Positions 21,025-34,049 of a DNA stretch of 64,000 nt are shown here, in pieces. A program made the position numbers and the translations under genes. The first letter of the stretch is position 1; each line of letters opens with the position of its first letter. This stretch comes from Macrostomum lignano. Taxonomy: Eukaryota. Below the pieces are notes generated by a model, which saw only the letters and a list, made by a program, of their open reading frames with translations, was not told where the DNA came from and ran no database searches. The stretch spans positions 34,338 through 98,337 of the forward strand of contig NIVC01001316.1 of the NCBI GenBank assembly GCA_002269645.1, written 5' to 3'.

Positions 21025-21054
21025 TTCTTATTTTATTTTATTTTTAGTTAAAAA

Positions 21055-22350
21055 ATGAACGACCCACTGACACCAGTTTTCTACAAAATTAACAAGCCTA
21101 TTTTGAGTGATGATAGCACAATCAAAGCGACACAAGTTAGAGTTCCGAGTCACGAGAACCAGAATGAAACTAATCTTGGTCCTGGCCAAACACTGACATT
21201 TACATACAATGGATGTTCGTCTTTGGTCAGTGTCCACAGTCTAAGGAGCGGCTTCTATATGACGTTTCAATTCAAAACTAAAGGAGGCGCAGACGCCGCT
21301 CATGCTAATGATGATCTACACAATGCGGATGTCGCACTAACCAGTAATTTCTGGGCTTATATGTTCAAAGAGTTTAATGTGTCCAATGGAAGTACAGAGT
21401 TGGAAAGAATAGCAAACTTTGGTGTGGTCCATGATACCCAGTGCTTGATTGAGAACCTGGATTTTATTCAGATGGGGAGCGGTGCTGGATTCATCCCCAA
21501 TGAACAGACAGGAGATGAGAATGACCCTGGTTACAAAAAGAGAAAGGAGAGATACAACTATGCTCTTGCTGGTGAGAACGATGCTGCTAAGAATCCGTTG
21601 TTTAGGTCTGTAGATATTTTTGTACCTTTGAGGTTTATGAGTGGTTTCTGTAATAGTTTCAATCGGTTGACAAGCAACTTTAGCTACACATTTAGATTGA
21701 CTAGAGATGATCGGAACAGAGGAATTTGGTCGGGGGCCAATCATACATCGATGGAGATTAAGCTAACTAGCGTGGAGCTGTACTTAGAAATTATTGAGCC
21801 CAAGACTGCACTCAAAGCTGAATACTTGAAGGCGATTGAGAAAGACATTGATGTTGCTTATACAGCTTATATGTGCAGAGATGAGCGGAATGACGCAAGA
21901 CACAATATTTGCATTAAAGAAGGCTCCTGTAGCAATCCAAGGTACATTATTGTCACTATGAGGAATACAACTAATGTAGGTAGATATCTACATGGAAACA
22001 TTCGATCGATTCAGCATGAGATCAGTGACAATTTATACCCTGCATTGCCACAAAATGGGAATTTCTCGGAGAACAAGATTAGTAAGTTTTACAATGAACT
22101 GTCGGACTTGGCTGTCAAAGAGAATAACGGTATTGTTTTGACAACCTTGCAGTATAAAAAACTATATCCAATATTTGGTGTTGATGTGACTGCTAGACAA
22201 ATGCCTACAGACAATAGCCCTGTTAACATTGTGACTAATATCGAGCGGAAAGAATTTGGTGCCGCAACGGCTGTTGATCTGTTTATTATCTATGCATTTG
22301 AGAGGAAGATCAAGGTCAATATGATCAATAACTCGTCTAGTAAAGTTTGA
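21055..22350 (+). CDS. Major capsid protein (double jelly-roll, hexon-like), intact
   Basis: 431 aa, beta-rich; Polinton MCP-like segments NPRYIIV, YPALPQNGNFSENK and PIFGVDV; position next to the penton gene. Confidence 0.85.
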   Translation: MNDPLTPVFYKINKPILSDDSTIKATQVRVPSHENQNETNLGPGQTLTFTYNGCSSLVSVHSLRSGFYMTFQFKTKGGADAAHANDDLHNADVALTSNFWAYMFKEFNVSNGSTELERIANFGVVHDTQCLIENLDFIQMGSGAGFIPNEQTGDENDPGYKKRKERYNYALAGENDAAKNPLFRSVDIFVPLRFMSGFCNSFNRLTSNFSYTFRLTRDDRNRGIWSGANHTSMEIKLTSVELYLEIIEPKTALKAEYLKAIEKDIDVAYTAYMCRDERNDARHNICIKEGSCSNPRYIIVTMRNTTNVGRYLHGNIRSIQHEISDNLYPALPQNGNFSENKISKFYNELSDLAVKENNGIVLTTLQYKKLYPIFGVDVTARQMPTDNSPVNIVTNIERKEFGAATAVDLFIIYAFERKIKVNMINNSSSKV

Positions 22351-22373
22351 ATAATTTTTTTTTTAATAAAAAA

Positions 22374-23232
22374 ATAGAAGCCATAGCCGAAAGACTGAAC
22401 AACATTGTTTCACACTCTAAGGAGAGCATTCCAATCACTGTAGCGGGTCGCATTACTGAGTCAAACGGAATCTTCATTCAAAAATTGGAGCAACCACTTC
22501 GTTTGGATCCCGAGGCGAATTACCACGTCTATCTCAATGATTTCACTGGGTGGTCAAATGTTCCCAATGTGACAGCGGAAAATAACAAGTTTTATTACAA
22601 ATGGAAGCGTACTACAACAGAGGTTGTGATATTTCCTGTCAGCACACAGAGCGTGGATACTTATAATTACTTCTTGGAGAACGTCTTCACTAAACGAAAG
22701 CATTTTGAGATACCGGATGAAAGCAAACCAGAAAATAAACTGTTCCCTGTTAGATTAACTTATGATCTAACTGTCATGAGAGTTGTCTTGCAAGTTCATA
22801 AGGACGCAGAGGTAGAGTTTAAAGATGGCACTTGGTATCGCGAGTTGGGATTTGAAAAGAGAGTTTATGGTGGCGCCACAGACCAAAGCCCGCTGCAGGC
22901 GCCTGGCACTGTTGCTGTGTCCCGGCTAATATCCGGTATGTACTTGGCGCCAAATATCGCTGACATTGTCAAAGGTTTGAATATATTAATTCGCAGCAAT
23001 CTGAGCCATGATTGGATATTCAAGGGCAAACGAAGCAACATACTTTTTAACATTTCAAACTCTGTTGCTGGTGGCAAAATGCTTGTGCAAAAGCCAAACC
23101 CCGTGAAAAAGAGTCATTCTGAGTAATAGAGAGATACATGAAATCATTTTGCAGTTTGAAACAGAGGATGGCGTTGGTGTCGATTTTAACGGGGAAGAGT
23201 TTGTGCTAACAATTATTATTGAGAGAATGTGA
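22374..23232 (+). pseudogene. Minor capsid protein (penton-like); start codon appears as ATA; one frameshift near 23110
   Basis: AAAAAAATA-GAA context at 22374. PNVTAENNKFYY motif. The shifted frame ends ...EDGVGVDFNGEEFVLTIIIERM* (stop 23230-23232). Confidence 0.8.
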
Positions 23233-23293
23233 GTCGTCTTCAGACTTGTAAAATTACGATATAAGCCGCCAGGTACAACCGTGTAGTTGGCTA

Positions 23294-23530
23294 CTACAAC
23301 TGCCTTATAACTTCAGCAAAGTTATAATAGCTGTCAAAATTGTTAATGACTACTCCGTGTTTTTCAAACCAGTGAGATTTAAGTGCTTGATTAATATTAG
23401 AGGCATTGATATCAACGCCGGGCCAATATTTTCTCATGTACTCGCTGCATTCAAGTTTGCATCGGTACTTGCTCTTGAAATTAGGCTCATGCGCTTTGTA
23501 ATAAGAACCTGGAGAGACAACTGGAAACAT
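23294..23530 (-). CDS. Small orphan ORF (78 aa, MFPVVSPGSYY...) starting 5 nt inside the right TIR boundary
   Basis: TAAAAATG start context shared with other element genes; no recognisable domain. Confidence 0.45.
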   Translation of the reverse strand: MFPVVSPGSYYKAHEPNFKSKYRCKLECSEYMRKYWPGVDINASNINQALKSHWFEKHGVVINNFDSYYNFAEVIRQL

Positions 23531-23534
23531 TTTT

Positions 23535-24009
23535 AGAGAAAATTTAGATTTTTTCAAAGGGTAAGGACCCTGCGCTGATGATTTAAAGTCCTTGGGATCT
23601 GGTAGCACGTTGCGGATTGAATGTGGGGAGAAGAATGCAGATTGTTTTCTGATTGTTTCGAAGATGCTATGGGTGGATGTCAGTGGATTATGTCAGTGTC
23701 AGTGAGCATAACAGGTGTCCTACTGTTATGCTCTGATTCTGTCAGGGATAATGCTCTGATTCTGTCAGGGATAATATGGATGGATTTAATAGGATTATGG
23801 AGGATGTTTTGTGAGCGAGTGCGACCCCCCCTTTTTTCTGATTCTGTCGGGGATAATATGGATGGATTTAGGTGGATTATGGAGGACGTTTTCGGAGCGA
23901 GTGCGACCCCCCTTTTTTCTGATTCTGTCAGGGATAATATGGATGGATTTAGGTGGATTATGGAGAAGGTGAAAAATTTTGTCTTAAAAGCCCCCTCATG
24001 CCTTCTACT
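23535..24009 (-). repeat. Right terminal inverted repeat of Polinton B
   Basis: Reverse complement of 7902-8375. Confidence 0.96.
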
Positions 24010-25609
24010 AAGAATCATTGCTGAGAAGACTCATTCATGCAGACTGCAATGGGAAAAATTGAAAAAAAAACTGCTGAGGTATTCCTCCAGACTTATGAGT
24101 ACTCGTAGGATACTCGTACCTGCAGGCTGCTAAGAGTATGACTGCAGTCTGTTTGCGGGATTAGAAGGGATAGCTAATTTCAGGTTGTTGTGGGGATAAC
24201 TGCCGATTTCTGGGGGGGGGGGAGGGGTTAACTTCAAAGTGCGAAGTTACTAAACTTCTAGAATAGTATAGGGCTTTTAGTAGAAGGTCGGCAGTTCGAG
24301 TCTACATTGAAGCAGCGAATTTATCTTTGTGACAATAATCATTGTTTCCTACGGGGATTCATGCAAATTTTTAACATTTTATTTTGTATACACTTTTGCT
24401 GGGGCTACGCTAAGCTTCAAGAGCAGCGCTTATCTGCTGTAAGTGCTAATTTGCAAAGGGTATTGCTAATCTGGGTGAGCAGCGCTAATCGGGGAGAGCA
24501 GTGCTAATCTGTCGACGCATATAATAAAATAATAAATATGTAAGGAGATTAAATTTACCCTGCAAGTTGCAAAAACATTTTAAATGGTTTCGATTATGCA
24601 GAAGCAATATGGCCATATGCAAAGATTAGTGGCCATCTGCTCACTGATTGTGCAAAACAGTGCTGGTGAGCCATTGCTAAACTGCTGGTGAAGCATTGCT
24701 AAACTGCATTGCTAAACTGCTGGTGAACCATTGCTAAACTGCAGAAAGCTATAGTGAAATATTGTATTTTTTAATATAAACTTCTTTTAAACAGAAGGAA
24801 ACGCAAAGGCAAGAAAAAACGAACAAGAATCATCATGGCAATCATAAAAGAAGCGCCCTGTCGAAAGTAAAAGGCTCATCGGGAATTACTGACTGTTAAG
24901 ACTGCTAAGACTATTGCTACGAGCATAATGCTCGTATGGCAAATTGCTGTGATATATCAATACTCATGGAAGGATTTATAGGATATCAAGACAAAGGGGA
25001 ATTGCTATAATTGTCATTCTGGGGAGAATTGCTTTGAATTCAAGGTTCATTTGTGAAATTGCAGAAATTAATTGTTGAAATGCAAGTGCCAAGATATCAA
25101 ATGGTTAGTCACTCAATTTTCAGGCTCATGGGGAAATTGCTAACATTTCCAAAGCTCATTGGGGAATTGCTGAAATTTGACTACAGGTTAAGGGTTATGG
25201 TTTTGGTTGAATTATAGAGCGATCGTCGTGACAATCATCAATGATCCATCGAGGAATTGCTAAGATTAAAGGCTCTTGGGGCGAATTACTTAAATGCTTT
25301 GGCTCTACAGGGAATTGCTGATAGGTCAAGGCTTTCGGTGAAATTCAGATTACAAACCTTATGAGGAAGTTACTTTAATGCTGAGGCTCAAGGCTCATAG
25401 TGGATTGCTAACATGCCAAGACTCACTTAAGGGTAGGTTTGGGGCTTAGGGTCAGTTTTGGTTCAATCATAGATTAACCGCTGTCAACAATCAATTAAAG
25501 ACTTGCTAAGATATCAAAACTCATGGGGGAATAGCTGAGTTATCAAGGCTTATAAGGGGATTGCTGAATTCTTGGGAGAGGGGAGTTGGGTTGTTGGGAT
25601 GTCAAGGCT

Positions 25610-25915
25610 AATTACTGCGCTGGAAGAATTGCTGCAATGTCGAGGCTTACTGGGGGAATTGCTGAGATGTCAAGGCTTACTGGGGGAATTGCTGAGATCT
25701 CAGACCTTACTCGGGGAATTGCTGAGATTAGGCTTACTGGGGAATGCTAAGATGTCAAGGCTTACTGGGGGAATGCTGAGATCTCAAGGCTTACTGGGGA
25801 AATTGCTGAGATGTCAAGGCTTACTGGGGGAATTCCTCAGACGTCAAGGCTTACTGGGGGAATTGCTGAGATGCCATGGCTTACTGGGGGAATTGCTGAG
25901 ATGTCAAGGCTCATG
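25610..25915 (+). repeat. ~30-bp minisatellite (GGCTTACTGGGGGAATTGCTGAGATGTCAA); longer copy at ~38315-39030
   Basis: Direct tandem repeats at the same position in two family-A Helitron units. Confidence 0.85.
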
Positions 25916-27840
25916 AACGATGGCTGAATTTTTTTTTTGGGGGGGGGGTGTTACGTTGTTGGGCGATTGTCAGATAGTCAGGTAGTACGGCTCAAGTAGC
26001 TCATGTAATTCAGATAATGAAAAAGTACACACAAGTGATGCTGATTTCTGCTAATATGAAATACCAGCGCATTTAATCCTTTGCGCTGGTTTGATCCTTT
26101 GATTTAGGCTAATATAGAGAGAGGGTCTAAGGGCGTCAGGGATTTGCATATTGAGCTCCTGCTGCGGATCAGAATATGCCCAGCCCGTGACGAAATGCAT
26201 CAAGAGTTTGTGCTTGAAAGGATAAGCACTATTTGCTGATTTAGAAAGGGTTTTGAGCTGATAAACGAAACTTTTTTGGCTAATGAAAATTCGGATTAAT
26301 GACAATTTATTTCTGCAAAAATTAGAAAAGGTAATTTTTGATTATTGGAAATCAACATTTTGGATGATTATAGTAAGGTTACTCTTGTGCCAAAATAAAA
26401 ACTAATTGGTGTCATTTTCAAGGCTCCCCAGCGGGGGGCTAAATGGCTAGTCTACATATACTAAATCTCTAATATTTGTATGCTTGCTTGCTTGTTTGCT
26501 TGTCCATAACGCTCTAGAGATTGCAATTCTTTACCGATTTACATCGCGTTTTCGCCAAAAGATTTGTAATCAGCCTGGGATTGTATGGTTAAAATTTCTT
26601 GTATCTGCTTCAATGCTAAAGGGATTAAATATTCGAAAAACATGCTTTTTTGCAAAGGTCAAGCAGCTCTTTCGACTTGAAATGCGCTGTAAGAATGCTA
26701 GAGAAAAAACCGACTGACTGAATTCTGATTTTGATAAAGATTGCATCACAACAAGTTTAAAACACTGTGCCAAGTTGAAAGACAGAAATTGCGTAACCAT
26801 ATTGCTAACTTTAAATGAGACTGATGCTGACTGCCTGAGTATTTGATTATGTCATAGCTGCTTCGTGTGACTTTCACTCGAAGAGAATTTGTGTTAGTAT
26901 TTGCATAACGTTCTAGAGATAGAACCAATTGACCAATTTTAATCGCGTTTCCACGAAAAGATTTGTAATTATCTGGAAAGAAGACAGTTAAAATTTCTTT
27001 AATTGGCTTTAATGCTAAATGTATCAAATATTCGAAAAACGAGTTTTCCCAATGCTTTTAATGGTAGGGCAAACTAGCTTGAATTCTTGACTGGACTGGC
27101 TGAATTCCAATTCCAATTATGATTGCGCCATAACTTTTCTCTCTCCACTGTGTAAGCTTCAATACTGGTTGCAGTGTGCAAGGAGAAAAAAATGCTCAGT
27201 GGCTGCGTGTGTACATTCTGACCCTGGCTCTGACTGGCGGACTCCATAGAAAATTGCTAGATTTCACTCAATCAACTGTGCATTGGCTCCGCCTTCACGC
27301 CTACACACTGAGCAGCCTATCACTGCTATGTATTTTAACTGCAGTTCTGAAGCATCCTATATACTAAAAATGAAAATCTTGCTTGCTTGCAATCGATTAG
27401 AGAAAAAATGGCTTAACCGATTTTCATGAGACTTGCACTGTTCGATCAGAAATTTTCCCGTGACGGTACATGTGTCTTGGCTAAGAAATTGCTCGATGCT
27501 AAAGGCATAAAATACTCGAAAAACATGCTTTTTTGCAAAGGTCAAGCAAACTTTTCGACTTGAAATGCATTGTAATAATGCTAGAGAAAAAATTGACTGG
27601 TTGAATTCTGATTCTGAAATAGATTGCATCATAACTGAATTGTAACTCCGACTTGAATTGCGTCACAGTATTGAAAATGCAGTGTGGAAGCGTAGCACCA
27701 GACTTGATTTAGATTGCGTAACCATATCCTCAACTTTAATTGAGACTGATACTGACTTGCCTGGGAAATTGATTATGTCATAACTGATTCGTGAGTGAGT
27801 GTTGAATTATATAAGTGCTACAATTTAATTTATAAATTCG

Positions 27841-27910
27841 ATAATAGCTAGCCTAGAAGTGAACAGACTGGACTGCAAATGCAGCGACCTGGGTTCGAAT
27901 CTAAGTAGTG
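27841..27910 (+). other. Second tRNA-derived head (T-arm with GGTTCGAATC); copies at ~30790-30855 and ~39940-40010
   Basis: At 39986-40002, CTAGG-TTCGAAT-CTTAG folds as a T-arm. ACTGCAAAT resembles an anticodon loop. Not a complete tRNA. Confidence 0.45.
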
Positions 27911-27964
27911 AAAAGTTTTTTATTAAAACCTTTTATTAAAGAACAAATAAAGGACAAAATGCGT

Positions 27965-29220
27965 CAGGTAAAAAAGCATAGAAGCGTCATGTAAAAAATC
28001 ATAGAAGCGTCATGTAAAAATCATAGAAGCGTCATGTAAACAATCATGAAAGCGTCATGAAAAAATCATAGAAGCGTCATGTAAAAAATCAAAGAAGCGT
28101 CATGTAAAAAATCATGAAAGCGTCATGAAAAAATCATAGAAGCGTCATGAAAAAATCATGGAAGCGTCATTTAAAAAATCATAGAAGCGTCATGTAAAAA
28201 ATCATAAAAGCGTCATGTAAACAATCATAGAAGCGTCATGTAAAAAATCATAGAAGCGTCATGTAAAAATCAAAGAAGCGTCATGTAAAAAATCATAGAA
28301 GCGTCATGTAAACAATCATAGAAGCGTCATGTAAACAATCATGAAAGCGTCATATAAACAATCATAGAAGCGTCATGAAAAAATCATGAAAGCGTCATGA
28401 AAAAATCATAGAAGCGTCATGAAAAAATCATGAAAGCGTCATGAAAAAATCATAGAAGCGTCATGTAAAAAATCAAAGAAGCGTCATATAAAAAATCATA
28501 GAAGCGTCATGTAAAAAATCATAGAAGCGTCATGTAAACAATCATAGAAGCGTCATGTAAAATATCATAGAAGCGTCATGTAAACAATCTTGAAAGCGTC
28601 ATGTAAAAAATCATAGAAGCGCCATGTAAAAAATCATAGAAGCGTCATGTAAAAAAGCATAGAAGCGTCATGTAAAAAATCATAGAAGCGTCATGTAAAA
28701 AATTCATAGAAGCGTCATGTAAACAATCATGAAAGCGTCATAAAGAAATCATAGAAGCGTCATGCAAAATTATAGAAGCGTCATGTAAAAAATCATAGAA
28801 GCGTCATGTAAAATATCATAGAAGCGTAATGTAAAAAATCATGAAAGCGTCATGAAAAAATCATAGAAGCGTCATGTAAAATATCATAGAAGCGTCATGT
28901 AAAAAATCATAGAAGCGTCATGTAAAAAATCATAGAAGCGTCATGTAAACAATCATAGAAGCGTCATGTAAAAATCATAGAAGCGCCATGTAAAAAATCA
29001 TAGAAGCGTCACGTAAGCAATCATAGAAGCGTCATATAAAAAATCATAGAAGCTTCATGTAAAAAATCATAGAAGCGTCATGTAAAAAATCATAGAAGCG
29101 TCATATAAAAAATCAAAGAAGCTTCATGTAAAAAATCATAGAAGCGTCATGTAAAAAAATCATACTGACATCAAAAATCAAGTGACAAAAAAATGTCAGA
29201 CATGAAAGAAGTGTCATGTA
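27965..29220 (+). repeat. Satellite 1, ~23-bp monomer GAAGCGTCATGTAAAAAATCATA
   Basis: About 50 tandem copies within Helitron unit 27355-30299. Confidence 0.95.
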
Positions 29221-30044
29221 AAAATTAAATGAAGCTATTGTGCTGTGCTGGGGAGACTTACTGTGCTAGATGTCAAGGCTTACGGAGAAAAACTGAGATT
29301 ACAGGGGGGGGGGTTTCTGAGATGTCAAAGCAAAAGTCAGAAGCTACTTCAAAGTACATGTACTTTACTCAATTTTTTTATTACATTCTTTGTTGGCTCG
29401 CCACGGGGGGGCGCTGATAGAAGAAGAGTCATGTAAAAAAGAAAAGAAGCACTATGTATACATAAAAGAAGAGTCATGTCGAAGTTAAAAGATTCATTTG
29501 GGAATTGCTACGATGTCAAGGCTTGGAGGGAATCGCTATAGTGCTTGATTCTTAAAGAAGGAATCACTAAATTTTCAAGGCTTAGGGGAGAAGAATTGCT
29601 GAGATTTCAAGGCTTTAGGTTGGGTTAAAGTTAGGTTTAGGTCAGGTGTGGGTTGAGGGTTATATTTTATCGGGTTTCAAGGTTAACAGGGGATTTTTCA
29701 GATATCAAGGTTTATGGGGGGCATTGCTGACATGTCAAGGCTTACGGGGGAATAGCTGAGATGTCAAGGCTCATGGGGGAATAAATGAGATTTCAAGGCT
29801 AAAGTCAGAAGCTACATGTAGTCCATTGAAAACTTTTTTTCTTTATTTGTTGGCTCCTCACGGGAGGGATCGCTGATAGAAAAACCGTAATGTAAAAAAT
29901 AAAAGAAGCTTCATGTCGAAGTTAAGAGATTCATTTGGGAATCCCTACGATGTTGAGGCTTGCAAGGAATCGCTTTAATGCTGTAGTAGTGCTATAATGA
30001 CTGTTAAAGAGAATTACTGAAATGTCAATGCTTTAGGGTCAGGG

Positions 30045-30095
30045 TTAGGGTTAGGGTTAGGGTTAGGGCTAGGGTTAGGCTAGGGCTAGGGTTAG
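30045..30095 (+). repeat. Interstitial telomere-type (TTAGGG)n tract
   Basis: AGGGTTAGGGTTAGGGTTAGGGTTAGGG followed by degenerate copies. Confidence 0.85.
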
Positions 30096-30914
30096 AAGGT
30101 TGACAGATTTTTTAAGATTGCAAGGCTTATGGGGCATTGCTAAGATGTCAAGGGGGTTGATATGCTAAGGCTTGTGGGGAGATTTTCTGACATGTCAAGG
30201 CTTACAAGGTATAATGCAAAGAGACGCTTACATGTAGTTTATTAAAAAAAACTTGTACCGCATTTTTTTGGCTCCCCAACGGGGGGCGCTGATTGCTAGT
30301 CCAATATACTAAAAATGAGTTGTCTGTATGTATGTATGTATGTGGGTAGGTATGCGATAGATTTCAGAAAAATTGGCTCAACTGATTATCTTCAAACTTG
30401 CACCATTCGATCAGAAATTTTCCTGGGACGGTACATGCATCTTGGCTAAGAAATTGCTCAATGTTAAAGGGATTAAATATTCGAAAAACATGCTTTTTTG
30501 CAAAGGTCAAGCAGCTCTTTCGACCTGAAATGCATTGTAAGAATGCTAGAGAAAAAACTAACTGACTGAATTCCGATTGTGATAAAGATTGCATCACAAC
30601 AAGTTGAAAACAGTGCCGAAGAAAATGCACACACGACATGATTTAAATTGCGTAACCAATATTGCTAACTTGAAGTGAGACTGATACTGGCTGACTGAGA
30701 AATTGATTATGTCATCACTTTTTACTCCAATTGACTTGCTGTAAGAATTGAATTATAAGGGCCACAATTCATGTTCCCCAATTGAAAAGAGATAGCCAAG
30801 ATGCGAACAGACTGGAATGCTAATGTAGCGACCTGGGTTCGAATCTTAGAAGCGCAAAATAATTTTTTTATTAAAACACCTTAAAAACAAAAAAACTGCT
30901 AAACATAAAAAAAG

Positions 30915-33900
30915 CGCAATAGAAGAGCCACCATGTCAAACCTAAAGGAGCCACCATGTCGAACATAAAAGAGCCACCATATCGAACATAAAAGAGTTAC
31001 CATGTTAAAAATTAAAGAGCCACCATGTCGAACATTAAAGAGCCACCTTGTCAAACATAAAACAACCACCATTTCGAAAATTAAAGAGCCACCATGTCAA
31101 ACTTTAAAGAGCCACCATGTCGAACATAGAAGAGCCACCATGTCAAACATAAAACCGACACCATTAAGAACATTAAAGAGCCACCATTTCAAACCTAAAG
31201 GAGCCACCATGTCGAACATTAAAGAGCCACAATGTCAAACATTAAAGAGTTACCATTTCAAACCTAAAGGAGCCACCATGTCGAACATTAAAGAGCCACC
31301 ATGTCGAACATAAAAGAGCCACCATATCAAACATTAAAGAGCCACCATGTCGAACATTAAAGAGCCACCATGTCGAACATAAAAGAGCCACCATATCAAA
31401 CATTAAAGAGTTACCATGTCAAACATTAAAGAGCCACCATGTCGAACATTAAAGAGCCACCATTTCAAACCTAAAAGAGCCACCATGTCAAACATTAAAG
31501 AGCCACCATTTCAAACCTTAAAGAGCCACCTTGTCAAATATTAAAAAGCCACCATGTCGAACATAAAAGAGCCACCATGTCGAACATTAAAGAGACACCA
31601 TTTCAAACCTAAAAGAGTTACCATGTCAAACATTAAAGAGCCGCCATGTCAAACATAAAACAGACACCATTAAGAACATTAAAGAGCCACCATGTCGAAC
31701 ATTAAATAGCCACCATGTCAGAAATAAAACAGCCACCATTTCGAAAATTAAAGAGCCACCATTTTAAACATTAAAGAGCCACCTTGTCAAATATTAAAGA
31801 GCCACAATGTCAAACATTAAAGAGCCACCTTATCAAACATTAAAGAGCCACCATGTCGAACATAAAAGAGCCACCATGTAGAACATAAAAGAGTCACCAT
31901 GTCAAGCATTAAAGAGCCACCATGTCAAACATTAAAGAGCCACCAGGTCAAACATGAAAGTGCCACCATATAAAACATTAAAGAGCCACCATGTCAAACA
32001 TTAAAGAGCCACCAGGTCAAACATATACATGACTCCATGTCAAACATTAAAGAGCCACCATGTCGAACATAAAAGGGCCACCATGTCAAATATTAAAGAG
32101 CCACCATGTTAAACATTAAAGAGCCACCAGGTCAAACATGAAAGTGCCACCATGTAAAACATTAAAGAGCCACCATATCGAACATTTAAGAACCACCATG
32201 TCAAACATAAAATAGCCACCATGTGAAACATATAGGTGACTCCATGTAAAACATTAAAGAGCTACCATATCAGACATATACATGACTCCATGTCAAACAT
32301 ATACGTGACTCCATGTTAGACATTAAAGAGCCACCATGTCGAACATTAAAGAGCCAACGTGTTAAAAATACAAGAGCCACCATGTCAAACATATACATGA
32401 CTCCATGTCAAACATTGAAGAGACACCATGTCGAACATAAAAGAGCCACCATGCAAAACATAAAAGAGCCACCATGTCTAACATTAAAGAGCCACCATGG
32501 CAAACATATACATGACTCTATGTCGAACAATCAAGAGCCACCATGTCAAACATATACATGACTCCATGTCTAACGTTAAAGAGACACCATGTCAAACATA
32601 AAAGAGCCACCATGTCAAACATTTAGGAGCCACCAGGTCAAACATGAAAGTGCCACCATGTAAAACATTAAAGAGCCACCATGTCAAACATATACGTAAC
32701 TCCATGTCAAACATTGAAGAGACCCCATGTCAAACATTAAAGAGCCACCACGTCGAACATAAAAGAGCCACCATGTAAAACATATACGTAACTCCATGTC
32801 AAACATTGAAGCGACACCATGTCGAACATAAAAGAGCCACCATGTCGAACATTAAAGAACCACCATGTCAAACATAGAAGAGCCATCATGTCAAACATAT
32901 AAGTGACTTTATGTCGAACATTAAAGAGCCACCATGTCTAACATTAAAGAGCCACCATGTCCAACATTAAAGAGCCACCATGTCAAAAATTAAAGAGCCA
33001 CCATGTCAAACATTAAAGAGCTACTTTGTCTAACATTAAAGAGCCACCATGTCAAACATTAAAGAGCCACCATGTCAAACATTAAAGAGCCACCATGTCA
33101 AACATAAAAGAGCCACCTTTTTGAACATTAAAGAGCCACCATTTCGAACATTAAAGAGCCACCATGTCAAACATAATAGAGCCACCATGTCAAACATTAA
33201 AAAGCCACTTTGTCAAACATAGAAGAGCCCCCATGTCAAACATAGAAGAGCCCCCATGTCAAACATTGAAGAGACCCCATGTCAAACATTAAAGAGCCAC
33301 CACGTCGAACATAAAAGAGCCACCATGTAAAACATATACGTAACTCCATGTCAAACATTGAAGCGACACCATGTCGAACATAAAAGAGCCACCATGTCGA
33401 ACATTAAAGAACCACCATGTCGAACATAGAAGAGCCATCATGTCAAACATATATGTGACTTTATGTCGAACATTAAAGAGCCACCATGTCTAACATTAAA
33501 GAGCCACCATGTCCAACATTAAAGAGCCACCATGTCAAAAATTAAAGAGCCACCATGTCAAACATTAAAGAGCTACTTTGTCTAACATTAAAGAGCCACC
33601 ATGTCAAACATTAAAGAGCCACCATTTCGAACATTAAAGAGCCACCATGTCAAACATAAAAGAGCCACCTTTTTGAACATTAAAGAGCCACCATTTCGAA
33701 CATTAAAGAGCCACCATGTCAAACATAATAGAGCCACCATGTCAAACATTAAAAAGCCACTTTGTCAAACATAGAAGAGCCCCCATGTCAAACATAGAAG
33801 AGCCCCCATGTCAAACATAGAAGAGCCCCCATGTCAAACATAGAAGAGCCCCCATGTCAAACATAGAAGAGCCACTATGTCAGACATTGAAAAGCCACCG

Positions 33901-33960
33901 TATCAAACATTAACTCCATGTACGAGCGTAGAACATAAAAGAGCCAGCCTGTTAAACATA
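30915..33960 (+). repeat. Satellite 2, 23-bp monomer GAGCCACCATGTCAAACATTAAA; short version at ~40070-40450
   Basis: About 130 copies within Helitron unit 30300-34677; includes a 552-bp higher-order duplication. Confidence 0.95.
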
Positions 33961-34049
33961 AAAGATACACAATTTCAAACGTAAAAGTAAGCGAATTTTA
34001 AAGGAGCCGCTATAATGCTAAGGAAATTGTCGCACTAGCTACTTATTGT

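Larger units (their letters stand above)
7902..24009 (+). mobile_element. Complete Polinton/Maverick (adintovirus-like) element B, 16,108 bp
   Basis: Starts AGTAGAAGG at 7902 and ends CCTTCTACT at 24009. Perfect 6-bp TSD AAGAAT at 7896-7901 and 24010-24015. ~474-bp TIRs and the full core gene set. Confidence 0.98.

Noticed and set aside
1-24009. Simple tandem duplication or assembly artefact explaining the two Polinton copies
   Set aside because: ATPase and capsid genes differ by many synonymous changes, copy B has its own TIRs and TSD, and copy A continues at 40762.
27965-33960. CRISPR array or coding repeats in the 23-bp satellites (ORFs 31002-31313, 32313-32561)
   Set aside because: Contiguous monomers without spacers; the ORFs are a by-product of a stop-poor 69-nt period.
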